Below, piece after piece: positions 21,360 through 34,156 of a stretch of 41,836 bases of DNA (within the stretch, counting starts at the first letter, position 1; every line of letters starts with the position of its first letter). The DNA comes from Catajapyx aquilonaris. Its lineage: Eukaryota. The position numbers and the translations under genes are program-made. The stretch lies in NCBI GenBank assembly GCA_000934665.2, contig KZ538896.1, forward strand, positions 1 to 41,836. The letters are read 5' to 3'. The notes beneath the pieces were generated by a model. The model made no database searches and was not told the origin of the DNA. It saw only the letters and a list, made by a program, of their open reading frames with translations.

Positions 21360-23746
21360 TTTAAAACCACAACTTATGCAGTACCTGTACAAGATAGTAA
21401 AGTTAGTTGGGGTGGTAGTCCTTGTAAATAATTAAATTATTGCGATTGCAATAAGATTCTGAGATGGTGTTACACTTACAGTGTGAAACAATCTTAACTT
21501 TGTTTTAATGCATTCTGAATGAAACGATGATATTTACAACAAATGCATTGTGCAAAAATGAGAAAAGGCATCAATTTGTCTGCACCATGCATAATTTGTA
21601 AGATTAGCTTAATTATATACCGACGTGAAAAATTTCTGTGTTTCCTGTTATGAAGAGACTACAGATTGATCTAGCCTGCATAATCTTAGAAAGTAAAAAA
21701 AAAAAGTCTTACCTGGTGGTCTGCACAAAAGGAGAAACGATGGAACACCTTGCTCTTCAACCCAATATCGACGTATTGTAACTTGATTCGTTACGGAGGC
21801 AGATAATGATTCCCATTATCTTATCGGCAAAAGAGCAAGGTCCAAAGATAGCACTGAATAATAATTCAGGTAGCAAACGTATCTTACGCAGGTAATGTTC
21901 ACTCGGATTGATATCTCGGAATGATGATTCTATACATGGGGTATTTTTGCGCCTATTACTCATCAGGATGACTATGAATGCAATATTACTCATAAGTGTG
22001 GTGTATCCTACATTATTTGTACTAATAGATAACCCTACTTCTGTAGACCACTTGACGGCATTCACTGACTGGATATCACTATCCTATTATTTTATAACGA
22101 CAAAATAATTATTTACAATGGTATGGAACCAGAATACTACTGTGTATAACATAAACTAACTTAACTGTTTAAGTCACTGAGGTTGAATTTTCCATTAGAA
22201 TTCACAAATTTTTTGATTGTGCATATAAATTATACGAGCAGAATAATAATAATAATCAACCATTCAGATAGGCGCGTAGCAGGTTGAAAACAAGTGACAA
22301 TGAGGTGTACGAATATCTTATTATGTAACTCAAACGGATCAGTTTTCGTATCAATATATTAGATCCACTTTTTTGGTCATAAATAACCAACAATCACATC
22401 CGCGCTATTAATAAAAGGACAGATATCTTGAACCCTTGCTTGAACCCTCCCTTCCCCCATCGAACTATTCATGATTGTGAATGATGAATATATACGGAAT
22501 TAGAATATTCAGTGTGTCGTGTCCATGTCCCCTAGCACACAGTTCTTGTCACTTTACAGGAACGTGTTGACGAGATTGCCTCACACGTTATGTGTGTCAT
22601 ACGATGCACATTAGTTTGTTCTGTGTCGAAAGTGTGTCACTGTTTTGTGTGTATGATTGCACACCAAACTTGCAGATGATTTCTCAGGGGCGAATACTTG
22701 CGACATCTCCACCTGGGTCAATATTTTGCTAAAGGGACAGAATGATATCCAACCTTAAGTTACGTCCTACATTCTCTGTTTTAATATCACTGTAATGTCG
22801 CAAAATTTCAGCATAAATTTTACAAGGTAATTTTTTTCTGTCATTACCATTAGCAGCGATCAAACTAATTTTTTGCGTGTGTTAAAACTTGGCCTTTTAT
22901 TAGATAAATGTTACAAAGACACTTTGCTGGACCTTCAAAATGTGGGAATAAAATGACCATATTTTTTTAAAAAAAGTTAGCAAGTTTGGGAAAATAGAGT
23001 TAGCTGGTTGAATATATAGTAGGCCTATTATTATTCATGTAAAATGTGATTTTTCTGTGATTTTTATCTAAGCAATATATTTTTTAAACCCTGGCTGGCC
23101 AATAATCCCCTTTCAAGGTGCCACCTCTGTACACTAGTTGTTAATAAGTCATCAATTTATTTTATTTGGGGTTCTAGAAACTATGTCACGAAGCATTATG
23201 CATACTCCCTTTAAAAATTATACAGCTCCAGAACGAAATGATTGTCATATCTCTTAAACAACAAATGGATAATTTTAATGAGGGCTAAGGGATTTATTAT
23301 ACTGTATGTGGGTTGCTTTATTGGCTTCTCAATTTTCTCGGATGAGGATCAACTTACTATTACTGTCGCAAATTATTTCATATTGAAAGTAGCACAAATA
23401 TCATACACATCACTATGCAGTATGCACAGTGTGTTCTCATATCCGTATCGGTAAAAATATCGCGGACATTAATTTACACGCACTCCTGTGGCCTCATCTT
23501 CAAGTTTTAAATGGAATCACACATATCCCTAAAAAGTCATTAGGCCTAAATGAGATTTCCAACGATGTGTGTAGGCCTAGGTCATTAAAATTGAAAGTGA
23601 GGCGACAGGAGCTGGTGGAAATAATGAGCGTCAGCTATATTTTGCCAGCTAATTTATGGAACATAATACATGTAACACTGATCATAACACTTGAAGCATG
23701 ATGCTCAATCACAACAGCAGAATCCATGTATTTCACACACATGCCA

Positions 23747-26700
23747 TCACAAAAGTGTGCTTATTGACTCAAAAATTTTACACACTTTTTCGTGACCATT
23801 CTCTTTGGCCAAATCATAAGGTGTTTTTTCGTCCTTGTTCTTGATATTTTTATCAATATCGTCGTTAGTTAAAAGGAGGGTAACTATGGAATGATGCCCA
23901 GATTCTGCTGCCTTATGTAACGCTGAGTTTCCGTGCTTGTCTGCGATGTTTGCATTTGTAGTTTCAAGAAGTAACATCAGGGCTGCATCTTTGTTACCAT
24001 GTTCCGAGGCGTAATGGAGAGGTGTTGCACCCTCGCTGCTTTTATCATCAGGCGAAGGCACTTCCTAAAAATTATCATGCAGACATAGGTTAAAATAAAT
24101 CTGATTTAAAAGCCTTAAACACGCGATATGTGATGCAATTTATTAATGGATATTGACTTTACCTTCAATGCATTGTCACGTAGCTTTTGTAATATTGACA
24201 GTGAGAGGTACAGGTTGAAAGATACAACATTGCCTACCTTTTGTTTTAAGAGGTCCTTCAGAATAAGTTTGTTGCCATTAGATGCAGCAACATGTAAAAT
24301 GTTGCAGCCACTATTGTCCTTTTTCTTGAGGTCAACTCCCTGATCTACCAGATATTTGAAAGTGGTCACGTGACCATCTAGTACAGCTAGCATAACAGGA
24401 GTCATTCCATCTTCCCTAGTTTCATCTTTGTTTGCTTGCTGTTGAAGCAAAAGTTGAATCACGTCATCCCATCCATTAAGGGCTGCCAGGTGAAGAGCTG
24501 TATTGCCTCTATTATCTTTGTTGTTTACATGTGCTTTGTCTTGAAGCAACAATTTGACAATGTTAGCAAGCCCATTGTTTGCTGCTATGTGCAACGGGGT
24601 CTGCCCTAACTTGTTAAAGCTGTTAGCATTTTCTCCAGAGTTTAGCAGACTTTTAACGTTCTCCATGTTATTGTTTTTGACTGCAAGGTGCAGGGCAGTG
24701 TTGCCTTCAGCGTCCGTGGGCTTGATTGGGATCACTGGAGGAGGCATCTGCACGTGAGGGATCACCGGAGGTATGAGCTGAGCCTACAGTAAAGCAATAT
24801 AGGCTACAGTCATGAATCGTATTATTAGAGGGCCTTGCACATATTTCAAAGCATTCACCTGAAAATATTACTGTCTCGACAGTAAGCTTTCATGTAAGCT
24901 GTTAATGCAATTTAAATCTCTGATAGCTTGTTATTAATTTAATGCAGATACTTACAGGCTTGGGAGGTTGGGGAGCATCAATGCTGTCATGTTCCCTGTT
25001 TAATAAGGAAGTACTTGTATAGTTAAATAAGACATAATTATGTAAATAAATAATTGAGTGATTTTCAAAATAGCCAATGATTAGTGTGCAAAAAGTGACA
25101 TTTCTTTATAGACACCCCCATAAGGCTAATTGTATTTCAGTTCAGGCTACTTTTACTGGGTGGCACATTGTGCAAGCGCCCAGTTCAATCGGGGAGTAAG
25201 AGTTGAAGAAGTTACCAATTGCTTACTCCAGCAACCATTTTAAAGGGAAGCAACGATCACAACGTAAGTAAACATGGATATATGATATCTGCTTCCTACC
25301 CTTTGCTTTCCTTTAAAGCGGTTGCTGGAGTAAGAAATTGGTAGCTTATTTAACTATACTTCCCTATTAAACTGGGAACTTCACAGCACTTGTGTTCCAA
25401 GTATTGGGGTCCTTTTATTTATAATCCGAACTATCCCGATGCTGTTATTTCATAACATTTTGCTCCTCGACCGAGGTGTCCAATTATTATTCCCGTGTTC
25501 GTGTATGAGCGAATATAGCAGCTGGTGATGTAGTGGATATTGGGCATCTCGGTCGGAGTGCAAAAAGCTACGCAAAAATAACAGTTTCGGGCGAAAGTTC
25601 TGATAACTAAAAGAACGCATCCCTTTCATATCTCGGATATTATTGTAGTGTATTACAGTTACTCCAGAAAATTATACATGCCTAAGAGCTCAAACACATT
25701 TAACTAGGATTATAATCGTTAAATTTGTAATTATACCGTACATAATTTGTTATTGAATAATGCATTATAAATTCTTTCCTGAACTGAATTTAGGCCTATA
25801 CCACATTTTCCCCTTATTACTGTTGTCATTGACAGTTTGCTATGGTGACAGAATGTTGTGCATTAATGTTTTGGAGTAGGTTTATTAAAAAGTTGCATAA
25901 AACAATGGCATTCATTTCAATTGATGTGCATAGGTCTTGCATGTAACACAGTACAGTAAAACCTGTCTATGTTGGACACCGACGACGGTTCCATTTAAAA
26001 TGACCAACATAGTATGTCCAACTTATTAAGATTTCAATCTCTCCGGTTTCATAGTGCAGTACACTAATTCACGAGTAAGTACGTTGCAGTAATAAATAAA
26101 CCATTACTCAACTTCTAATGAATGTTTATGTACCGTATTTATTTATTTATTTTCGGTACAGTCTACATACAATTCCTGGAACTAATATGGAAATTCTGGA
26201 CCGACCAAGCCAATATGTGGCCCTGCAGCCCTTCCTCTCCATTTATTTCTCAAACAAAAACCAACAAAATACAATTTACAAAATACAACAAAATACAATT
26301 TAGTCATCCATCCAAATCAGTGATTCCTAAACATCTTTGTTTCCCCTCCCGATGCTCCCGGAATTCCTGGAACTGGCCTCCTTTTTGATATATAAAAAAT
26401 CGGTAACAAGTGACTGTTTTAAATTGACCTCCCTCTCCTTAATTCCAGCAATTCTCTCGGAAGTAAGGCAGCAAATATCTGGTCAATAATCTTGCGGCGA
26501 TAAATGACTCACAGCATGCTTCACAATATGTATTCACACCTCAGCATGGTTCAATTTTAAGGAAAAACGAAAATGCACATAGAGTGCATAGGAAAACACT
26601 GTGCGTGTCAAACTTAGCAACATTATACAAGGGATAGGCTATTTGATGGTTTCAAAAATAATGCCCAACGTAGAGAGGTAGCCAACTTATTAAGGAGTCC

Positions 26701-27196
26701 AACATGACAGGTTTTACTGTATTACACGTTCTTTTGAAAATGAAAGCAATTTTACCCACACAAACCCCAGTCAAAATATCCATATGAATATTATGGATAT
26801 CCATGACATTTTCCATGGATATCATGGAGGTCCATGCTATCCTTCATGGACCCTCTGGATATCCATGATATCCATGATTGATTCTATGTATATCCATAAC
26901 ATTCTACCTATGGACCTGATGGATTCTATGTATATCCATAATGGACGTGATGGATTTACAAACCCATGTCATGGATCCCATGTAGATCCATGATCCATGA
27001 TCCCTGATCCATGATATCCATCATGGATCCTCTTCAAATAATATATGTTCATGTGTATATATAAGGAAATATCATTTATATGTCCAATAAATCATTTTGG
27101 TCCTTATTTTATTACATATATATAAAATAAGGACCAAAATTATATATATATATATCTGCTGGTATATATCTGCTGGGATATATATCTGGATGCTGT

Positions 27197-27258
<62 letters not shown>

Positions 27259-28530
27259 GCTGGGAAAGATATAGCTAGAAGAAAATAATTTATAATTAAA
27301 ATGATAGCTAATATTTATTGAGAACAGGAGACACAATTTGTGACATATTAGAAAATGCTGTCCATAAATATATTGTAATTATTAATAATTCACTAAGGTA
27401 AGATTATATGGGTAAGATTATGAAAAATGCTGACAACTCACTCTGACACAACTACAGTTTACATAAGTCGTAGCATAGGTATTTAATAACAATACGGTAT
27501 ATGATTAGTGTAATTTTGCGTCCTGTATACTGTATAGGCAAAACTACAATACTTGGAATGAATTATGACAGTGCGTGAATTCGATTGAGAATAATAATTT
27601 TGTTTCATAAGGCATTCTTTGGAATTCGGAACACATGCCTTTCTAATTACCAAAATCTCTACTACTTGATTGTAAACAAATCTGCGATTTAAAATCTTGC
27701 AATACAAGTGTGAAACCTCACAAGAATTCACTGCAGTTCTAATATTCATGAAAGTTCATTGTGTTGCAGAATCTTCTCCCAGCGATAAGTTAGCTCTCTC
27801 GAAGGTGTCCTCAATAATGCATATTACCTTCAACTTTCAGAACTGGATTTATGCTCTATTTGTTACAGCATGCAGCACTATTTCTGTCTGCAATAAGAGA
27901 GATGTTTGGAATGGCGTCTGCCGAAAACTAATCACGTTCACAATAATTTTACAGTAGTGTATAATATAGAATAGAGATACAGTTCGACACTTATCTGCAC
28001 TAGCATCTTAATAGTGATATTCTTTTTACAACATTTTAAAATACTCACTTGTACATTGCAGCCTGAAGGATATTGGTGGCATTTTCGTGGCCATATTGAA
28101 TAGCCAGAGTTAGAGCATTAACACCGTCTTTGTCACCGATATTCTTTTTAATATTAGCTTTGTTCTTGAGCAGCAATAAGATGATCTCCACCTCCCCATT
28201 TTTAGCAGCGTAGTGTAGAGGTGTCCAGGATGCGTTGTTGCAAATGTCTACCTCCACACCTGCTTTCAAAAGAATGTCACATACTTCCCTATGGCCTCTT
28301 TCACTGGCTACGTGAAGTGCAGTGATTCCGTTGTTGTCAGGAACGTTTGGATCACAGTCGTACCGAAGAAATAGTTTGACCACTTCTGCGTTCCCCTCGT
28401 TAGCGGCTATCAGGATAGGGGCCTGTCCAGTTTTATTCCGCTTGTTTTTATCATTGGGATATTTCTTCAGATGATTTTCTATGCCTGCCTCATTGGTGGT
28501 CTTGGCCAAGACGTGAATGATGGAGGACAT
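23747..28530 (-). CDS. Ankyrin-repeat protein B (5+8 repeats, Pro-rich linker), ~461 aa
   Basis: Exons 28530-28049, 24995-24956, 24783-24238 and 24064-23747, with the same phases (2/0/0) and repeat distribution as gene A. The join across the 3-kb first coding intron is inferred from phase and paralogy. Confidence 0.82.
25179..25376. mobile_element. Fold-back MITE with CCCAG termini
   Basis: cccagttcaatcggggagta...ttactccagcaacc...tttaaagg is mirrored by cctttaaagcggttgctggagtaag...attaaactggg. Confidence 0.7.
25412..25615. repeat. Degenerate inverted repeat (MITE remnant)
   Basis: ctgttattt...cgaccgaggtgtccaat is mirrored by attgggcatctcggtcg...aaataacag. Confidence 0.6.
25954..26719. mobile_element. 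pogo/Tigger-like MITE
   Basis: TA|cagtaaaacctgtctatgttggac...gtccaacatgacaggttttactg|TA, with subterminal ccaacttattaag repeats. Confidence 0.85.
26777..27030. repeat. Degenerate ATCCATGGAT-type minisatellite
   Basis: Many tandem atccat(g)/atggat units, preceded by cccag at 26766. Confidence 0.8.
27140..27264. repeat. (TA)n microsatellite with atatctgctgg repeats
   Basis: Direct reading. Confidence 0.9.
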
Positions 28531-30001
28531 TATTATATTGTTTTGATGTGGTTTTTATCTGTGAAGGGTCAAGTATATCATCAGTGTCATTTCGCAGTAA
28601 AAATAAAATTCAGCGTAAATTATGTGACATTCTACGTTACCTGGACCATCTTTCCCCATGAGCTTGTCCTATTTTTACAAAGGCCCTTGTCTGGTCACTC
28701 CTCACTCGTGCTTATAACTTTCCCACTGGGTTATTACCGTGGCAATGAATCTAAAAGTAAATGACAAGTTCCCCAAGTGGGTAAGCTTGCAGGGTGACCA
28801 GGCAGGCACCCAGGAGGATGTCTAAGCAGTAAGCTTACACATGAATGAATTCATTCGCCTAAAGGTGACTATAGTGGTTGCCTAACTAGAGGCTGCAACA
28901 AATATGCAAATCAGGGAGCGTTTCTTGTAAACGCATTCTTCTTTGATTGAAAGCCGTAATCTCCGAAAACCTAACTCAAATATACAAATAATTTGATATG
29001 GTTTCCATTATCACCAGCATCACCGCCATCATCATAATGATACCGAATTTATCTGTGAAATGGATCGTCAGTATTGAAGCAGAGCAGGTGACACAAAGAC
29101 CCACAAAGATTACCGGTATATTTAAATCGTGGCACTCACCAATATGTGACATTCTATGAAAATTACTCGTATTACGTTATATCGCATTTCAAAGATCTGT
29201 AAGTAGACTACTTTACATTTTGGCCCAAAAGTGTTTTTAACAATTTTCCCAACTACATGGAATGGCATTATTCTTCACAAGAAGCATATTGTAAGTCTCC
29301 TTCACTGAAGACATGGCTAGTTCTGCATTATCGTGACTTGAAAAGCACGCTTTGTGTTGACAATATTGATTTAAAAAATCCAATGCTCCATGCTAGCTTT
29401 TCCTCCAACAGCAAATCTAATCTCATCCTGTAGCTACTTCCTTAAGGAAACTACAAAATTGCTTGGAATAAGTCCACCACGACATTCAATTCATTGAAAC
29501 GTTCCACAAGCTGCGAGACTGCTTTTTCTGTTGTCAGATAAAACACTTCAACTTTAGTGAAACTTCTTATGGAATTAATTCCAGGTGGCGAATACACTCG
29601 TCAAAAATAATGATCGCTGCCATCCTGTCCATTACGCTTAACGATTACTCATATACACTATACTAGTGCAGTGGATTGATATTGTTGTTTGTACTACATG
29701 AATCTATTTTTGGATACGACATTGAATGACGTAATGTTTACTTCAACTTGCTAAGATAGCTAACTAATAATATAACATAAGTGCAATCACCTCAAAGGCC
29801 GTTCAAAAATCTTCCAAAATTATACGGACTAGCTGTCGCCATTCAGACTCCCAACAAAATATCTGAAAAGGTGCATTCTCCAAAAATGCTTGAAAATGTG
29901 TAACCTTGTTGCACCCAGTGGTTACGCAACTACGCATCACGTATTGCAATATGTAAGATTTGAAAATAACCGGACAAGGGCATGGAAAAAGAGGGCATAT
30001 A

Positions 30002-30654
30002 CAGGGTGTAACAAGACCCAATGCATAAATTTTAAAGGTGGGTAGGGGACCCCAAAACAAACATTTTTGACCAATGAACCCACCCTCTAAAAAAATCAGC
30101 AAATTTACTGAAATTGCTAACTGGTTAGTACCTGTAGTAACAGTTATGTGGTTGATGCTACTCAACAGGAGCGTTGTCATGGTATAGTGTTGACAATTTA
30201 GTACAGTACTGTAAAAAGTCCTCACCACCACAAATCAATGAAATCTGACATGAAACTCACCACCACCTTTACTGCACCCAACACAAAACTGTAATCAAAG
30301 GAGCTGCTAAAAGTGTCCTCCAGCCACTTGTACACACAGCCTACAACGACGCACAAGAGATTCCCGAGTTGATTGGAACAACACTGAATTGTTTATTTTC
30401 CAGACTTTTGCTTGTTGTGTTGTACCAGACAATTACTTGTCAACACTACCATGACAACGCTACCATAGAGTAGCAGCACACCACATAACTGTTACCGTAC
30501 CACAGGTACTAACAAGTTATCGATTTCAGTAAATTTGATGATTTTTTAGAGGGTGGGTGATTTTTTTAGAGGGTGGGTTCATTGGTCAAAAATGTTTGTT
30601 TTGGGGTCCCCTACCCACCTTTAAAATTTATGCATTGGGTCTTGTTACACCCTG
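30002..30654 (-). mobile_element. Tc1/mariner-superfamily deletion derivative with ~200-bp TIRs and a transposase C-terminal remnant
   Basis: TA|cagggtgtaacaagaccc...gggtcttgttacaccctg|TA. Minus strand 30387-30295 reads VLFQSTRESLVRRCRLCVQVAGGHF*QLL*, matching the R..C...GGHFE.LL C-terminus of Tc1/mariner-type transposases. A short tandem duplication lies at ~30538-30577. Confidence 0.9.
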
Positions 30655-31532
30655 TATTGACACATGTAAATTAGATTACATCGTCACATCGACGCCTTTA
30701 GCCAACAGAAATGCAGAGAATAATTTAAGTACATGGCATACTGATTGTGTGTTAGGAACTGCATTACTGCTAACGCTATCTATAGTATGAAAGATTAATG
30801 AAAGGAAAATGCATTACACGTTGCCATGTCTAATATTGCACCAAAGAACTGTGCACAATCCTGTACGAAATATTTTCGAAGCGCTTTTACTGATTTCTTA
30901 CCTTCTGACGGAATCGGAGTGGGAGTCAGAGCAATCCCAACTCTTCAAGGCCTGAAGAATGCGAATTTCCAAGAAGGCCCAAGTGGTACGCTGAGCTGTA
31001 GATAATACACTGACCAATGATAACTCTCGAGATAACTCTTTCGTCTTTACACAGCGTTGCTTAGTGACAAACTGCCTGGTGTGGAAGGTACACTTAGGCT
31101 ATAGCATTTTCATGGTGTCATGATAGTATAGTACAGCACAGAGCCATATAGCATAGACTATAGACTATTATAGAGTATTGACCTTTGACGTCTGAGTTTT
31201 TTTTGGGCCGTTTTCTTCTTTTTTTTGACCAAAATTTGTAGTAGGAGTGATATTAATGAAAAACAATATGCTCCACTATTTATCATTTTAATATAAGTAA
31301 GGCAAATACATGGCAATTTTCATATTGGATCAAGTTGATAAAATAAAATAAAAACCTCCAGGTACTGAACGTTAGCGCAATAATGCTCCTGCAACGTAAT
31401 AGACTTCTCTTTCACTTTTTGGGAATTTTTTGGCGAATTATGAGAAATGTACTTCAGCAAAATATGCAAAATAGGGATTAGTAGACTTATACTGTCATTT
31501 TTTCTAAGGGCTTGAAAGTTGTCAAAATTTTA

Positions 31533-31801
31533 TTTATTTATTTATTTATACCCCACTGGGAGAATCTGTGCTCCATTAGGGGGGGGGGGGGGTAGTGTAC
31601 CACCATTGGATGGGGCTAATGATGGGGAAGGAAGGAGGAGGCGGCTGTGGCCTATTATACAGAAACAACCCCGGAATTATCCTGGGGGGTCCGTGGAAAA
31701 CCACAGAAAACCACGATCAAGGTTGCGGGCCCCGGGATTCGAACCTAGGACCTCCCGATTAGCAGTCGGGCTCCTTAACCACCACACCAACTTGCTTCAG
31801 T
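31533..31801 (-). mobile_element. tRNA-derived SINE (family B)
   Basis: Similar to 1135-1453, with a (TAAA)n tail and perfect 17-bp TSD aagttgtcaaaatttta at 31516-31532 and 31802-31818. Confidence 0.9.
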
Positions 31802-32004
31802 AAGTTGTCAAAATTTTAAAAAAACCTCCAGGTCCTGAACTTTAGCGCAATAATGCTCTTCTTCTGCAATGCAATAGAACCTAATGTACGGAAAATGAGA
31901 GAACGATCTGACGTCATCACAGTTTCCATGGAAATACCATCACAGAACAATATGAGTAAACAGTGTCAACAAAAAGCAACAATGTAAGAAATGATGACGT
32001 CTGA

Positions 32005-32240
32005 CAGGGGCGGATCCAGGGGGGGGGGGGGGGGNGTCGCGGGGGTCATGACCCCCCCTCCCAAACCGTGGGAAGTGAAATATTTTTTAAATTTTAATCT
32101 GCAAATTAGGATGATTTTTTCTGGAAAAAGTGCTACAAATTTCATCAAATACTGTACATACCCATTCAAATCTCCCACATTCACCTAAGCTCGTGAGACC
32201 TTGAACCCCCCCAAAAATTCCGCCTGCGGCGCTCTTGCTC
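32005..32240. mobile_element. Truncated hAT-like MITE (caggggcggatccagg end)
   Basis: The terminus resembles that of the 36387 element. Internal poly-G/C and cgcctgcggcgc motif. The right end was not found. Confidence 0.45.
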
Positions 32241-34078
32241 CCCGCCCTTTACGACTTATGCTCCTCACCCCGCCTCGCAAACACCACCAAGTCTGAGGTA
32301 TGGTACAGAACTAGTCCGACAGGACCATTTTGTCTCACCCTGTACAATACCATCTCTTAATCCTGGCGCCGAAGTGTCTGTTGCTCAAGCCACTAGAGGC
32401 GTTGTCAAAATCCGACTCTTTCCTGAGCCGGTACCTACCGGCCGTCTCTAGAACCATATCCTCATACCCGAGGGTTCGTATTGTATTCGTGCTGGAGCCG
32501 CTGTAGTGTCCGGACCTTTTCCACACGCATCACCCCGGATTTCCCGTTGGTCTAGGCTGGTAACGACGCGTCCAACCGGAGGACGCATACCAGCTTACCA
32601 ACAAACAGACAATGGTGGCCTCCTGATTGTTACCAGGTACAGTCCAATTTGAATTCAGCGGTTTTTTTTAAAATCACGTGACTATTATTTTTTTGTTTGT
32701 CGTTCGCACAAAGTGGTAGTTGCGCAATGTTTGTCACCTCACAAGGTCGGATGCTGTGTCCAAACCGCGCGCTTGGGGTAAAAACAGCTATTTCTGAACC
32801 AACCTTCATACGACCCAATAATTGCTAGTGTTTAAAAAGCGTGCAATTTTTATTTTTTTTGCACGGGTTCGGAACGGGTTCGCACGGGTTGAAAGGCCGG
32901 GCAGATGACGCAACATTGTGAAATAGTTGCGATGCACTGAGAGAGAGAAAAAAAATCCGGGTCCAATCCCTGGATACGGAGCGCTTCTGCACTGCGGCCT
33001 TGACCTCGGGTACTCAACGATCGATGCCGCTTCGTCGCTACACCGCTACACCATGACATAATTTTTTTTTTCCCCCACCCACTCTTAACTGATGATAACA
33101 AATATTGAAATTTTTTGAAGCGATTTATTAGCAGTGCAAATATCCCCATTTGCACCTTCCCTACTTCCCTTTTCGGAGGATGGAACCGGCTATAACCGGA
33201 TTTTGGGCATAGGTAGGTTGGGGGGTTGGGGGGTTGGGGTGAGAGTAGGGGAAGTTAAGGGGGGTTGGGAACGAAGGGGGGACGCTTCTAGGAAATCCCT
33301 TTTTTTTTTTGTATACCTCCACCTCCCCCCCGGATGCCCCCGGAGATGGCCCACAGCCGGTTCTACCATAATCCGTCAGAAGAACGCGGCCTATTAGAAC
33401 ATTGCGGAAGCCCGGCGGAAGCGCCTAACAATGCCACATTCATATGGTATTTTTAATGTCACGAATTTTTTTATTGTCGGCAATTAAAAGCGTGGTTTGC
33501 ACTTTACCATATCCTGTTTATCTGCTGATAAGTGTAGATTAGATGGGATGTTGTGGCTACCTGCTAACTGCTGTCCCGAATATAATGACCACCTGTGATG
33601 ATGTGATTTCCACATTATTTCTTGAAGGTCAATTAGGTGGCCAGCTGTTGCTAGGACCACATTTGTGTATGGTTTTGCTCGCACAGCTGCATCCACTTAT
33701 TCAAGGACTTGTTTCCACATATCTGACCGGCTCTCAGCTGAGCATAATCTCTTGGGGCATGTAGTCTGAAGCACGGACTGTCCCGTACATCACCCGGACA
33801 GGTGAGGTATCGTTAGGGTGCATACAATGTCTAGAGGGATCGAAATTTCGGAAATTGTGGGACTTCCGGGGATAGGTGGGGTAGTACCTGATCGATTTCG
33901 TCTAGGGAGTTCAAAGCTCGGCGCAAACGCGATTAGAGAGCGACAATATTCGGTGTCTATTTATGATCTGTTGAATAGAATATAGTAGGGCAGAAAAGGC
34001 CACGTGGGTTTTCCCCTCTGAATTTTCTGCCATATGTTTACCAAGAAATGTACAATGTACAACCAGCCTCAACGTGGG

Positions 34079-34156
34079 CGTAAGACAATGGAACCCCCCG
34101 AAATATGCCATACCACGCGTGGTATGGCATATTTCGGGGGGTTCCATTGTCTTACG
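34079..34156. repeat. Perfect 78-bp spacer-less palindrome
   Basis: cgtaagacaatggaaccccccgaaatatgccataccacg|cgtggtatggcatatttcggggggttccattgtcttacg. Confidence 0.96.

Noticed and set aside
26777..27030. CRISPR-like or coding repeat array
   Set aside because: Eukaryotic context with degenerate ~10-bp tandem units and no unique spacers. It is a minisatellite.
19413..28530. Horizontal transfer of ankyrin genes from an endosymbiont such as Wolbachia
   Set aside because: The genes have conserved spliceosomal introns and there are no flanking bacterial or phage genes. Nothing in the window supports it.
29260..29623. Minus-strand stretch reading MAAIIIFDECIRHLELIP*EV...ELAMSSVKETYNML, faintly like an ING-family N-terminus
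   Set aside because: Multiple stops and only marginal resemblance. An HMM search against the ING N-terminal domain would be needed to support it.
29803..30790. Two ORFs sharing IFLEGGFIGQKCLFWGPLPTFKIYALGLVTPCI
   Set aside because: They are translations of the two TIRs of the 30002-30654 element.
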